A DNA stretch of 64,000 nt, from contig JAULAX010000015.1 of NCBI GenBank assembly GCA_032654565.1, forward strand, positions 800,001-864,000, written 5' to 3'. The position numbers were made by a program, and so were the translations under genes. The notes under the pieces were generated by a model. The model searched no databases and was not told the origin of the DNA. It worked only from the letters and a program-made list of their open reading frames with translations. Numbering within the stretch: the stretch's first letter is position 1; the number at the start of each line of letters is the position of its first letter. Below are positions 44,659 to 54,252 of this stretch, piece after piece. This DNA comes from Anaeromyxobacteraceae bacterium (GTDB lineage: Bacteria; Myxococcota; Myxococcia; Myxococcales; Anaeromyxobacteraceae).

Positions 44659-46986
44659 TCAGCCCGGGGGCGCCTGGTCGAGGCGGGCCGCCAGGGCGCG
44701 CGCCTGCTCCAGCAGCGGCGTCCCGGACTCGGCGCTGGACCAGGCCGCCTGCAGCCGCCGCAGCGGGAGGCGGGCGGCCGCGGCGTCGCCGAGGCGGAAC
44801 AGGGCGTCGGCGAGCAGCAGCTGGCTGCGCGGCCAGGCCCAGCTGCGCCACATCTGGCGCCAGGTGTAGAGCCGCTCGAAGCGGGTGAGCGCGTCGACCG
44901 CCTCCTCCAGCCTCCCGGCCCGGTGGGCCAGCTCGCCGAGGGCGTAGAGCGGGGCGAGGCGCCAGGCCACCACCGGCGTCCGGGCGCAGGTCGCGCGCAG
45001 GCCGGCCAGCGCCCCCTCCCGGTCACCGCGGTGCCAGGCCAGCAGCGCCGCGGTGGTGTCGGCCAGCACCGATCCCGGGGGCAGCCCCGCGCCCAGCCGG
45101 GCGGCCGGCTCGAGCGCACCGAGCCAGGCCAGGGAGACGGCGTGCTCGGCGGCGGCGCGGGGATCGGCGGCGCCGACCCGCTCGATGGCCGCCTCGACGC
45201 CCGCGAGGTCGCCGTCCCCCAGCAGGTAGTCGGCCCGGACGGCGTGGTAGTGCCAGTCGCGCAGCACCGCCGGGACCTCCCGCGCCAGCTCCTCCAGCAT
45301 GGCCAGGCCGGCGCGGCGCCGCCCCTGGAAGGCGTGCAGCGCCGCCAGCCCGTAGTAGCCCATGCGGCGGACCGGGCTTCCGGGCGCCGCCAGCTGGCGC
45401 ACCTCCTGCTCGGCGTCGGCGAACCGGCCGGAGAAGAAGACCGCCGCCAGCTGGTCCTCGCGCCCGGCCACCCCGCCCCCCACCGCCATGGCGCGCTCGC
45501 CGGCCCGTCGCGCCGCCACGAGGTCACCCAGCCAGCCCGAGGCCACCGAGAGGCCGTGCAGCGCGGCCGGGCCACCGGTCCCGTCCCAGCGCCTCGACCA
45601 GGCCCGCAGCTCCTCGTGCCGGCCCAGCGCCCCCAGCGCCTCGGCGAGGTGGCCGGCGGCCCAGCCGTACTCCGGGTCGAGCGCCACCACCTGCTCGAAC
45701 CAGGGGAGCGCCGCGGCCAGCTCGTCGCGGTGGCGCAGGATGTCGCCGGCCTGGTACCAGGCCCGCACCTCGTCCGGCCAGGCCTCGACCACCCGCCGGT
45801 AGACGGCCAGCGCCGCCTCGTCGTCGCCGCCGACGTGGGCCGCGAAGGCCTCGATGAGGGCGCGCTCCCGCTCGCTGGCTGCGCCGGCGTTGTCCTGCGC
45901 CGCCAGCAGCGCCGCCTCCTGCTCGGCCTGCTCGCCGCCGAACCAGCGCAGCCAGACGGCCAGCTCGTAGTGGGCCGCCGCCAGCCCCGGGTCGAGCGTC
46001 ACCGCCTTGCGCAGGAGCGCACCGCAGTCCTGACCGAGCGCCGGGCTCCGCACGCACTGCTCGCCGAGGAAGTAGGTGCGCCAGGCCTCGACCGAGGCGG
46101 CGGCCGGCGAGGCGGCGGCCGGCGGGGCGGTCCAGCCGCGCTCCGCCTCCAGGAGGGCCTCGAGCAGCCCGGCGGCGTCGCGGTGGCGGTCGCCGGGCGC
46201 GGGCGCCGTGGCCCGCGCCACCAGCGCGGCCAGGGGGGCCGGGATGCCCGGCCGGTCGAGCGTCCCCCGGGGGACGCCGGCGGCGCCGACGCCGGCCAGC
46301 ATCTCGTGGAGCAGCAGGCCCAGGGCGTAGAGGTCGGTGCGCTCGTCCTCGGCGCCGCCGGCCGCCTGCTCCGGCGCCATGTAGCCGGGCGTGCCGCTGC
46401 GCACCGGCCCGCGCACGCCGAAGGCGGCGGCGAGGCCGAAGTCGAGCACCTTGGCCGGTCCGCCCTCGACCAGGAAGACGTTGGCCGGCTTGAGATCCCG
46501 GTGCAGCACGCCGGCGGCGTGGGCGTGGACCATGGCGCGGCACACCTCCACGGCCGCGGCCAGCGCGGCGCGCACCGGCAGGGGGCCGCGCTCCAGCCGC
46601 GTCGCCAGCGGCTCGCCGCGCAGCAGCTCCAGCACCAGGTAGGGGCCGACCGGGCAGTTCCCCACGTCGTGGATGGTGACGATGTTGGGGTGGGAGAGCT
46701 GGGCCGCCGCCTCGGCCTCGCGCCGCAGCGAGGCCTCGACCGAGGTGCGCACCTCCCGCCCGGTGGCGCGGAGGATCTTGAGGGCGACGTTGCGGCGCAG
46801 CTCCTCGTCGCGGGCCTCGAAGACCCGTCCGAAGCCGCCGCGCCCCAGCTCGCGGAGGACGGTGAAGCGGCCGACCGCCTCGCCGGGGCGGGGGAAGGGG
46901 AGCGTGGCGGCGTCGAGCTCGGGCAGGCGGAAGAGCTCGGCGATGATCGCCGAGACCGCCGCCGGCGCCGGTCGCCCGCTGGTCAC
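44659..46986 (-). CDS. Hanks-type Ser/Thr protein kinase with C-terminal TPR region
   Basis: LGRGGFG, VALK, HRDLKPAN, DFG, GTPGYMAPE; GTG overlaps sigma stop (GTGA); no TM seen. Confidence 0.93.
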   Translation of the reverse strand: MTSGRPAPAAVSAIIAELFRLPELDAATLPFPRPGEAVGRFTVLRELGRGGFGRVFEARDEELRRNVALKILRATGREVRTSVEASLRREAEAAAQLSHPNIVTIHDVGNCPVGPYLVLELLRGEPLATRLERGPLPVRAALAAAVEVCRAMVHAHAAGVLHRDLKPANVFLVEGGPAKVLDFGLAAAFGVRGPVRSGTPGYMAPEQAAGGAEDERTDLYALGLLLHEMLAGVGAAGVPRGTLDRPGIPAPLAALVARATAPAPGDRHRDAAGLLEALLEAERGWTAPPAAASPAAASVEAWRTYFLGEQCVRSPALGQDCGALLRKAVTLDPGLAAAHYELAVWLRWFGGEQAEQEAALLAAQDNAGAASERERALIEAFAAHVGGDDEAALAVYRRVVEAWPDEVRAWYQAGDILRHRDELAAALPWFEQVVALDPEYGWAAGHLAEALGALGRHEELRAWSRRWDGTGGPAALHGLSVASGWLGDLVAARRAGERAMAVGGGVAGREDQLAAVFFSGRFADAEQEVRQLAAPGSPVRRMGYYGLAALHAFQGRRRAGLAMLEELAREVPAVLRDWHYHAVRADYLLGDGDLAGVEAAIERVGAADPRAAAEHAVSLAWLGALEPAARLGAGLPPGSVLADTTAALLAWHRGDREGALAGLRATCARTPVVAWRLAPLYALGELAHRAGRLEEAVDALTRFERLYTWRQMWRSWAWPRSQLLLADALFRLGDAAAARLPLRRLQAAWSSAESGTPLLEQARALAARLDQAPPG

Positions 46987-47543
46987 AGCAGCCCCGCCTC
47001 CAGGGCCAGCTGCCCCAGCCGCTCCTTGAGCCGCTCGTAGCGCTTGCGCAGCGCGGCCGAGGTCACCGGGGTGGCCCCCTCCGAGAGCAGCGCCGCCAGC
47101 TCCTCCCACTCCAGCTCCCGATCGAGCCGCAGCGAGAGCAGCTGCTGGTCGTCCGGGTCGAGGGCCTCGCGCAGCCGCCGCAGCGTCTCGCGGCGCCCGC
47201 CCGGGAGCTGGGCCGAGTCGGTGATGGAGGCGGCCAGGCGCGAGGCCATGGAGGTGGGGAACCGCTCCGCGCGCCGGTGCCAGGCGGTCTTGCGGAGGCG
47301 GGCGGCGGCGTTCCGGGCCAGCCGGTAGGACCAGGCCCGCAGCGAGCACTCGAAGCGGAAGCCGGGCAGGCCACGCCACAGGTCCTCGGCGAAGGTGGAG
47401 AAGGCGTCGCGGGCGTCGTCCTCGTCGAGGAGGCTCCCGAGGAAGCCGAGCAGGCTGGGACCGAGCGCCTCGAGGGCGGCGGTGGCCGCCTCGTCCACCT
47501 CCCCCCGCTCGAGGAGGGCCCGCACCCGGGCGTCGAGGGTCAT
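46983..47543 (-). CDS. ECF-type RNA polymerase sigma factor
   Basis: Region 2 DLWRGLPGFRFECSLRAWSYRLARN; region 4 LDPDDQQLL..LEWEELA..LRKRYERLK. Confidence 0.88.
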   Translation of the reverse strand: MTLDARVRALLERGEVDEAATAALEALGPSLLGFLGSLLDEDDARDAFSTFAEDLWRGLPGFRFECSLRAWSYRLARNAAARLRKTAWHRRAERFPTSMASRLAASITDSAQLPGGRRETLRRLREALDPDDQQLLSLRLDRELEWEELAALLSEGATPVTSAALRKRYERLKERLGQLALEAGLL

Positions 47544-47699
47544 GCGGGGAGTCTAGCCTCTTGAAGCCACGTCCGGGGAGGCCAGGACACGCTCCTCCCT
47601 CGGGGAGGCAAGCCACCATGACCAGGACGGCCACCTCGACAGGGGAGACGCCGGGTCGCTTGTGATCCTGCTCGGCCCGCCTTAGGTAGTCCCTTCGAG

Positions 47700-48146
47700 A
47701 TGGCCGACACCCACCAGCTGCTTGAGAAGGCCGAGCGGCTCGAGCTGCTGGCCCAGCAGATCTACGAGGCGCTCTCGCAGCGCTTCGGCGGGGAGACCCG
47801 CGAGGTCTTCCAGCGGCTGGCGGCCGAGGAGAGCCAGCACGCCTCGCGGGTCCGGCTGCTCGGCGCCCGCTACCGGCAGGATCGCCGGCTGGTCACCTCG
47901 CTGGCCATCGACACCCCGCTGCTCGATCGGCTGCTGGTCGAGGCCGGGGAGGCGCTGGAGGCGGTGCGGGCCGGCGCCTGGGACGGCGACGCCGCAGCGG
48001 CCATGGCGAGCGCCGCCGAGCTGGAGAGCCGCTTCTGCCAGGCCCACGCCCAGTCGCTCTCGCAGGGGGCGATGCCGGAGCTGCGGTCCTTCTTCGAGCA
48101 GCTCGCCTCGCAGGACAAGGCCCACGCCAGGCTGCTCACGAAGTAG
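47700..48146 (+). CDS. Ferritin-like / rubrerythrin-type four-helix bundle protein
   Basis: A..LE.....Y, F..LAAEESQH, and second LE...F, FEQLASQDKAH. Confidence 0.8.
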   Translation: MADTHQLLEKAERLELLAQQIYEALSQRFGGETREVFQRLAAEESQHASRVRLLGARYRQDRRLVTSLAIDTPLLDRLLVEAGEALEAVRAGAWDGDAAAAMASAAELESRFCQAHAQSLSQGAMPELRSFFEQLASQDKAHARLLTK

Positions 48147-48198
48147 CCCGGGTCCGTCCGGCTCCTGACAGGCGGGAGAGCGGAGGCCGACGACCGGT

Positions 48199-48699
48199 TC
48201 AGGGCGCGGGGTGGGGCGGGAGCGCCAGCTCCATGTAGACCACGCCGGGCAGCGGGTTCGGGTAGTAGGGGCCGCGCTCCACGAAGCCGAGCGAGGCGTA
48301 GAGCGCCCGCGCCGCGGTCATCCAGTCGAGGGTGTCGAGCCGCACGGTGCGGTAGCCGCCGGCGCCCGCCGCCGCCAGCAGCGCCGTGGCCACCGCCCGG
48401 GCCACGCCGTGGCCGCGCTGCTCGGGGCGGGTCCACATCCGCTTCAGCTCGGCCACGCCCGGCTCCAGCGGCCGCAGCGCCCCGCAGCCGGCCAGCACGT
48501 CGCCGCGCCAGGCCAGCAGCAGGCGGCCCGCCGGGCGGGCGTAGGCGCCGGGGAGCGCCGCCAGCTCGGCCTCGAACCCCTGGAAGCAGAGGTCGACGCC
48601 GATGGCCGCCTGGTACTCGCGGAACAGGGCCCGGGCCAGGTCGAGCTCGGGGGGGGCGCTGGCCTCCCGCAGCCGGAGGGTGGCGGTGAGCGGGGCCAT
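48199..48699 (-). CDS. GNAT-family N-acetyltransferase
   Basis: DLCFQGFEAELAALPG, ELKRMW.RPEQRGHG, RLDTL, LYASLGF; coupled to batE stop. Confidence 0.92.
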   Translation of the reverse strand: MAPLTATLRLREASAPPELDLARALFREYQAAIGVDLCFQGFEAELAALPGAYARPAGRLLLAWRGDVLAGCGALRPLEPGVAELKRMWTRPEQRGHGVARAVATALLAAAGAGGYRTVRLDTLDWMTAARALYASLGFVERGPYYPNPLPGVVYMELALPPHPAP

Positions 48700-49502
48700 C
48701 AGAGCACCTCCAGGTCGGCCGAGGCCACCCAGCCCTCCAGGCCGTTGAGCAGCCGGACCCGGGCCACGTCGGCCTGGGCCTCGAGGATGCGCACCGTGGT
48801 CCCCTCGTGCAGCTCGAAGGCGGCCTTGAGCGTGCGCGACGGCCCCTCGCGGACCGGCGAGGTGGGCGCGATCACCACCGCGGTGGGGGTCTGCCGGTCG
48901 GCCGCCTTGCCGGCCAGGATGGCCCCGCCGGCCACCGCCAGCAGCGCCGCCAGCAGCGCCGCCGGGCCGAGCCAGGCGCGGGCGCTCCGGCTGGCGCGGC
49001 TGCGGAGCCAGAGCAGCAGCCAGAGGGCGGCCCAGGCGATCCCGAAGAGGGCCAGCGCGGCGCCGTCGGGCGTGCGGGCCAGCACCCGGGCGTGGAGCGG
49101 CGGCTGGGCCTCGCCCACCAGCCGGTCGACGTTCTGGGCGCGGGCCTGCTCCAGGTTGGCCTGGGCGTCGGCGTCGCCCGGCTCGAGGGCCAGCGCCCGC
49201 AGGTAGCTGGCGATGGCGCGGCCGCGGAAGCCGAGCCGCAGCAGGGCGTTGCCGAGGTCGTAGTGGAGCCCGGCGCTCTCCCAGCCCTCGTCGACCAGGG
49301 CCCGCCAGCCGCGGGCGGCCCCCTCGTGGTCGCCGGCCAGGTAGAGGGCGGCGGCCTGCTCGGCGCGGGCGGCCGGCTCGGCGACCGGCGCGGCGGCCAC
49401 CGCCCGGGTCGCGGCGGATGGCGTGGCGGGGGCGACGGCGTTGCCTTCCGCGGCCGAGGCCGGCGCGGCGGCGGCCAGCCAGAGGAGCAGGAGCGCCGTC
49501 AT
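48699..49502 (-). CDS. batE: BatE-like TPR + SH3 protein
   Basis: LHYDLGNA, RALALEP..DAQANL, two TM, FELHEGT..EGWV. Confidence 0.85.
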   Translation of the reverse strand: MTALLLLWLAAAAPASAAEGNAVAPATPSAATRAVAAAPVAEPAARAEQAAALYLAGDHEGAARGWRALVDEGWESAGLHYDLGNALLRLGFRGRAIASYLRALALEPGDADAQANLEQARAQNVDRLVGEAQPPLHARVLARTPDGAALALFGIAWAALWLLLWLRSRASRSARAWLGPAALLAALLAVAGGAILAGKAADRQTPTAVVIAPTSPVREGPSRTLKAAFELHEGTTVRILEAQADVARVRLLNGLEGWVASADLEVL

Positions 49503-51367
49503 CCGCCACCTCTCGGGGCGTGCCAGTGGGCCTCCTCGAGCAGGGCCATGGCCCGGCCGGCCATGGCCAGCAGCTCCTCGCGGGCCACGGCGCCGCCGAA
49601 GCGGCCGGCGTCGCAGGCGTCGAGGGCGCTGGCCAGGGCCCGCAGGGCGGCCACGTGGGCGCCGGCCTCGCCGAGCGCCAGGGCCAGCTCGTCGCGGGTC
49701 AGGCCGCTGGCGGACCGGCCCAGCTTGTCGCCGCAGTAGCCGACCAGGGCCCGCTCCACCTCGGCGAAGAAGGGGGCGCCGTCGGCGCCGGGCAGGAGCC
49801 GGCTGGCCTCGGCCAGCCGCTTGCGCGCCACCCGGCCGGCGCCCCGGACCCGGCGGGCCCCGCCCTCGGCCACCTGCCCCTCGCGGTACCGGTCGACCGC
49901 GGTCAGCAGCAGGAAGGCGGCCACCGGCGTGAGCAGGAAGGCCCAGAGCGACCAGCCGGTCCCGGGCGCGGCGGCGCGGGCCAGGGGGCCGGCCGGGCGG
50001 ACCGGGCGCAGCCCGGGGAAGAGGGTGTTCTGGGCCGGGGCGGCGGCGCCGGCGGTGGACCCGGCGGCGGCGGTCACCTCCAGCCGCAGCTCGGGGGTCC
50101 GCAGCTCGCGGTAGGCCCCGGTCTTCGGGTCGAAGGTGGCCCAGGCCAGCGGGGCGATCACCAGCGTGCCGGGGGCCTCGGGCACCAGCACCGTCTCCAC
50201 CGTGCGTGAACCGGCGAAGCGGGTCCCGCGCGCCTTGAGCTGGTCGCTGGAGGTGGGGGCGAAGGCCCGGGCCCCGGGGAGGGCGGGGAAGGCGGGCAGC
50301 GACCAGGACTTGACGTTCCCCTCCCCCTCGGCGACCAGCCGCAGGGTGACCGCCTGGCCCACCGCGGTGGTGCGCTGCGAGAGGCCGGCGGTGAGCGTGG
50401 CGGTGGCCACGTTGGTCTGGTCGAAGCGGGCCGGCGGGTGGGGGGGGAGCGGCTTCACCGTGATGGCCACCGGCTTGCTCTGCCGCGTCACACGCTGCAC
50501 GTCGCCGAACGGGGAGAAGGGGTCGTTGCTGGCCACCCGGACCACCAGGTCGATGGCGTGTGCCCCCAGCTCCAGCGGGCCGGCCCGGGTGGGGAAGAGG
50601 GCGATCCGCTGCAGCAGGTAGGCGCGCAGCGGCAGGCCGTCCTTCTTGCGGATCTGCTGGGTCGGCTCGCGGGGCAGCTCCAGCTGCTCGGTCCAGAAGC
50701 CGTCGTAGGCCGGCGGCTTGAAGTTGCCGGTCTCGGCCACGCCCACCGGCGAGAGCACCCAGATCGAGGCGGTCACCTGCTCGCCGAGGAAGACCTCGGC
50801 CTTGTCCACCTCGACGCTGAGCTGCAGGTCGCGCTCCCAGCCGGTCCAGGCCCGGCTGCTCCCGCCGCCCTGCCCGCCGCCGCCGGGGAAGCCGGGGAAG
50901 CCGGGGATGGGCGACCCGGGCCGGCCGGGCCGGGCCGGCCGCGTGGAGGGGGCGCCGGCCGGGAGCACCTGGACGGTGAGCGGCTGGGTCTCGCCCCGCG
51001 ACTCCCCCGCCACCACCTCCACCGGCGGGACGGTGAGCTCGCCGGCGCGGCGCGGCCGCAGCCCGAACTGGAAGACGAAGGTGTGCTGGACCCTCATCCC
51101 GGCGCCGCCCCCCATGTTGATGGAGGTGCTGCGCGAGCTGCCGCGCGAGACCACGTCGAACTCGAACCCCTGGGTGGGGAGGGAGAGGGTGGGGGCCTCG
51201 GCGGCCTCGACGCGGACCTCCAGCGTCACCAGCTCCTCCAGCGCCACCTCGTCGCGGTCGAGCGAGGCCGAGATGGCCACGCCGGCGGCGCCGGCCGGGA
51301 CCGGGAGCAGCAGCAGCGCCGGCAGCAGCCGGAGCGCCACGGCCAGCAGGCCGGCCCTACCAGTCAC
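49499..51367 (-). CDS. batD: BatD-family protein
   Basis: Signal peptide, tandem Ig-like BatD domains (V.LGEQV, ALFPTRAG, VKPLP, GEGN), late TM. Confidence 0.87.
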   Translation of the reverse strand: MTGRAGLLAVALRLLPALLLLPVPAGAAGVAISASLDRDEVALEELVTLEVRVEAAEAPTLSLPTQGFEFDVVSRGSSRSTSINMGGGAGMRVQHTFVFQFGLRPRRAGELTVPPVEVVAGESRGETQPLTVQVLPAGAPSTRPARPGRPGSPIPGFPGFPGGGGQGGGSSRAWTGWERDLQLSVEVDKAEVFLGEQVTASIWVLSPVGVAETGNFKPPAYDGFWTEQLELPREPTQQIRKKDGLPLRAYLLQRIALFPTRAGPLELGAHAIDLVVRVASNDPFSPFGDVQRVTRQSKPVAITVKPLPPHPPARFDQTNVATATLTAGLSQRTTAVGQAVTLRLVAEGEGNVKSWSLPAFPALPGARAFAPTSSDQLKARGTRFAGSRTVETVLVPEAPGTLVIAPLAWATFDPKTGAYRELRTPELRLEVTAAAGSTAGAAAPAQNTLFPGLRPVRPAGPLARAAAPGTGWSLWAFLLTPVAAFLLLTAVDRYREGQVAEGGARRVRGAGRVARKRLAEASRLLPGADGAPFFAEVERALVGYCGDKLGRSASGLTRDELALALGEAGAHVAALRALASALDACDAGRFGGAVAREELLAMAGRAMALLEEAHWHAPRGGG

Positions 51368-52151
51368 GGGAGGTCGCCTTCCGCGACGACGAGGGCTGGC
51401 CCACCGGGCCGAGCGGCATGGTCCGCTCGCGCGAGCGGAGGGCGTCGAGCAGCCGCTCGGCGTCCTGCTTGCCGACCGGCTCGGTCCGTCCGGCGGCGGC
51501 GCCATCCTTGCCCTGGCCGTCACCCGTGGTCTCCTTCCCCGCCTCACGCCGTGCTTGCTCCTGTCGCCGGTCCTGCGGCTTGCCGTCCTGCTTCGGCTCC
51601 CCCGGCTTCGGCTCGGGGCGCCCGCCCTGCTTCCCGTCGTCCCGCCGGTCCTGCTTCCCGCCGGCGCCGGCCTTGGGCTCGCCGTCGGGCCGCTTCGCCC
51701 CCTGGTCGCCCGGGTCCCTGGGTGCTCCCTGCCCCTCCGACCGGCGGCGCAGCAGCACCTCGAGGTTATAGCGCGCGTCCTCGTTGGAGGGGTCCCGCCG
51801 CAGCGCCTCGCCGAGGGCGCGGATGGCGCCGGCCTGGTCGCCGGCGGCGTCGAGGGCGTTGGCGGTGTTCTGCAGGGCGCGGCTGGCCAGCGGGGCCGGT
51901 GCCGTCTCGGCCGCCTTCTTCCAGGCCGCCCGGGCCTCCTCGGCGCGCCCCGCCTGCTGAAGGGCGTTGCCGCGGTCGAAGTCGATCTCCGGGCGGGGTC
52001 CGGCCTGGCGCTCGGCGGCGTCGTAGCGCGGCAGCGCCGCGGCGGCGTCGCCCGCCTTCAGGGCCTCGTTGCCGGCGCGCACCTCGGGGTGCTCGGCCTC
52101 GAAGGGGGAGGTGGCCAGCAGCAGGGCGGCCAGCGGCCACAGGGGCGTCAC
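51357..52151 (-). CDS. batC: BatC-like TPR protein
   Basis: FDRGNAL, ALRRDPSNEDARYNLE, charged linker, AERLLDAL, terminal DW. Confidence 0.82.
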   Translation of the reverse strand: MTPLWPLAALLLATSPFEAEHPEVRAGNEALKAGDAAAALPRYDAAERQAGPRPEIDFDRGNALQQAGRAEEARAAWKKAAETAPAPLASRALQNTANALDAAGDQAGAIRALGEALRRDPSNEDARYNLEVLLRRRSEGQGAPRDPGDQGAKRPDGEPKAGAGGKQDRRDDGKQGGRPEPKPGEPKQDGKPQDRRQEQARREAGKETTGDGQGKDGAAAGRTEPVGKQDAERLLDALRSRERTMPLGPVGQPSSSRKATSRDW

Positions 52152-53242
52152 GGGGTCACCTCGTCGGCGTCGTCGGACGGACGGCGGCGCGGGCCGGCGT
52201 CGCCGAGCAGCAGCCCGGCCAGCAGCAGCAGGAAGGCCGGGAGGGCGGCCATGGCGTAGCGGTCCTCGTACTGGACGGTGAGCCGGCTGGTGAGCTCGCT
52301 CTTCTGCAGCCCGTCGAGCGCCGCCCGGAAGGCCGGCAGGCCGTGGTCGGGGGAGTTGAGCTCGAAGACCTCGCCGCCGCCGCGCGAGGTCACCTCGCGG
52401 AGCGTGGCCAGGTCGAGCCGGGTCACCACCGCCCGGCCCGCGGCGTCCTTCTTGTAGCCGGTCACCTGCCCCCGGGCGTCGAGCAGCGGGATGGGCTCGC
52501 CGGCGGCGGTCCCCACCGCCAGGGCGTGGAGCCGGATGCCGGCCTCGGCCAGCGCCCTGGCGGCCTCGCCGGCGTCCCCCTCCAGGTCCTCGCCGTCGCT
52601 CACCAGCAGCACCACCTTGCCGCGCCCCTGCGAGTTCTCCCCCTGCTCCAGCACCTGGCGCGCCGCCCGCAGCGCGTGGCCGAGGTCGGAGCCCTGCTGC
52701 GGCACGCTCCCCGGCCCCACCGAGCGCAGGAAGAGATGGGCCGCCTGGTAGTCGGTGGTGAGCGGGCACTGCACGAAGGCCTCGGCGGCGAAGACCACCA
52801 CCCCGACCCGGTCGCCGGCCAGCTGGTCGAGCAGGCTCCCCACCTCCAGCGTGGCCCGGGTGAGCCGGTCGGGCTGGACGTCGCGGGCCAGCATGGAGCG
52901 GGAGACGTCGAGCAGCACCACCAGGTCCACGCCGTAGCGCTTGGAGAGCTCGGTGCGGGTGCCGCACTGGGGCCGGGAGAGGGCCACCGCCAGCAGCAGC
53001 AGCCCGGTGAGCCAGAGCGAGGCGCGGGTGGCGGGGCGGGAGAGGCCGGCGCCGGGGGCCAGCCGGGCCGCCTGGGGGCCGGCGGTGCGGCGCAGCAGGG
53101 CGCGGCGGTCGAGCAGCCGCCACGCGGCCAGGCCGGCCAGGGCGGCCACCACCACGAGCAGCCAGAGCGCGCCCGGGACCAGCAGCCGGGCCGGGGCCCC
53201 CAGCACCTGGAAGGCGAAGGGGGTGGCGGCGTCGGCACTCAC
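52148..53242 (-). CDS. batB: VWA-domain protein BatB
   Basis: ALSRPQ, LDVSRSM.ARDV.PDRL, CPLTTD, SDGED, GEPIP. Confidence 0.9.
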   Translation of the reverse strand: MSADAATPFAFQVLGAPARLLVPGALWLLVVVAALAGLAAWRLLDRRALLRRTAGPQAARLAPGAGLSRPATRASLWLTGLLLLAVALSRPQCGTRTELSKRYGVDLVVLLDVSRSMLARDVQPDRLTRATLEVGSLLDQLAGDRVGVVVFAAEAFVQCPLTTDYQAAHLFLRSVGPGSVPQQGSDLGHALRAARQVLEQGENSQGRGKVVLLVSDGEDLEGDAGEAARALAEAGIRLHALAVGTAAGEPIPLLDARGQVTGYKKDAAGRAVVTRLDLATLREVTSRGGGEVFELNSPDHGLPAFRAALDGLQKSELTSRLTVQYEDRYAMAALPAFLLLLAGLLLGDAGPRRRPSDDADEVTP

Positions 53243-54252
53243 GGGAAGGCCCTCCAGCGCGTCAGGCCGAGCAGCAGCCCCAGCGCCGCCAGCGCGAAGG
53301 CCGGCCCGAGCAGCCCGGGGAAGAGCTCGGTCACCTGGCTGCCGCCGGTGGTCTCGATGATGCGGGTCTTCTCCATCCGGTCGAGCACCGCCTGCAGCCC
53401 GCCCTCCAGCCCGGCCCGGTCGGTGGCGTTGGCGAAGGCGCCGCCGGTGATGGCGGCGATCTCGCGCAGCAGCCCGGGGTTGACGTCGAGCTGCACCGGC
53501 CGGTAGCTGGGTCGCCCCAGCAGGTCGACGCCGTCGGGGTAGGGGACCACGCCGCCGGTGCCCACCAGGATGGGGAAGACCCGGACCCCCATGGCCTTGG
53601 CCAGCCGGGCCGCCTCCAGCGGGGAGATCTGGCCGCGGTTGTTGTCACCATCGGTGATGAGGATGATCACCTTGCTGCGGGCGTCCGACTCGCGCAGCCG
53701 GTTGACCGCGGTGGCCAGGGCGTTGCCGATGGCGGTGCCGTCCTCAATGACCCCGATCTTGAGCTGGTCGACCAGGGTGCGGAGCAGGGCCTGGTCGAGG
53801 GTGAGCGGGGCCTGGGTGTAGGCGTCGCCGGCGAAGACCACCAGGCCGATGCGGTCGGTGCGGCGCCGGCCGATGAAGTCCTTGAGGACCTCCTTGGCCA
53901 CGTGGACGCGGCTCTCCGGCTTGAAATCGGCGGCCAGCATGGAGGTGGAGAGGTCGAGGGCGATGACGATGTCGATCCCCTCGATGCTGCGCTTCTCCGG
54001 CTGGCGCCGGTCGGCCTGGGGGCGGGCCAGCCCCACCGCGCCGAGCGCCAGCGAGAGCAGCAGCAGCCCCTGGGGCAGCCACCAGAGCCGGGCCACCCAG
54101 CCGCGCCGCCCGGCGCCGATGGTGGCGGCGCGGGGGTGGAGCAGGCGGGGGGCGCGCCGGCGGTCGAGCCGCAGCGCCGCCAGCGCCAGCGGGATGGCGA
54201 GCAGCAGGAGCAGGGCCCAGGGCCGGGCCCACTGGAGCGCCTCGCCGGTCAC
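53239..54252 (-). CDS. batA: VWA-domain protein BatA
   Basis: GIDIVIALDLSTSM, DRIGLVVF, PLTLD, GTAIG, SKVIILITDGDNN. Confidence 0.92.
   Translation of the reverse strand: MTGEALQWARPWALLLLLAIPLALAALRLDRRRAPRLLHPRAATIGAGRRGWVARLWWLPQGLLLLSLALGAVGLARPQADRRQPEKRSIEGIDIVIALDLSTSMLAADFKPESRVHVAKEVLKDFIGRRRTDRIGLVVFAGDAYTQAPLTLDQALLRTLVDQLKIGVIEDGTAIGNALATAVNRLRESDARSKVIILITDGDNNRGQISPLEAARLAKAMGVRVFPILVGTGGVVPYPDGVDLLGRPSYRPVQLDVNPGLLREIAAITGGAFANATDRAGLEGGLQAVLDRMEKTRIIETTGGSQVTELFPGLLGPAFALAALGLLLGLTRWRAFP

Noticed and set aside
47618..47665. 15-codon ORF with GGAGG upstream of the ferritin-like gene
   Set aside because: Too short to support; no telling residue pattern
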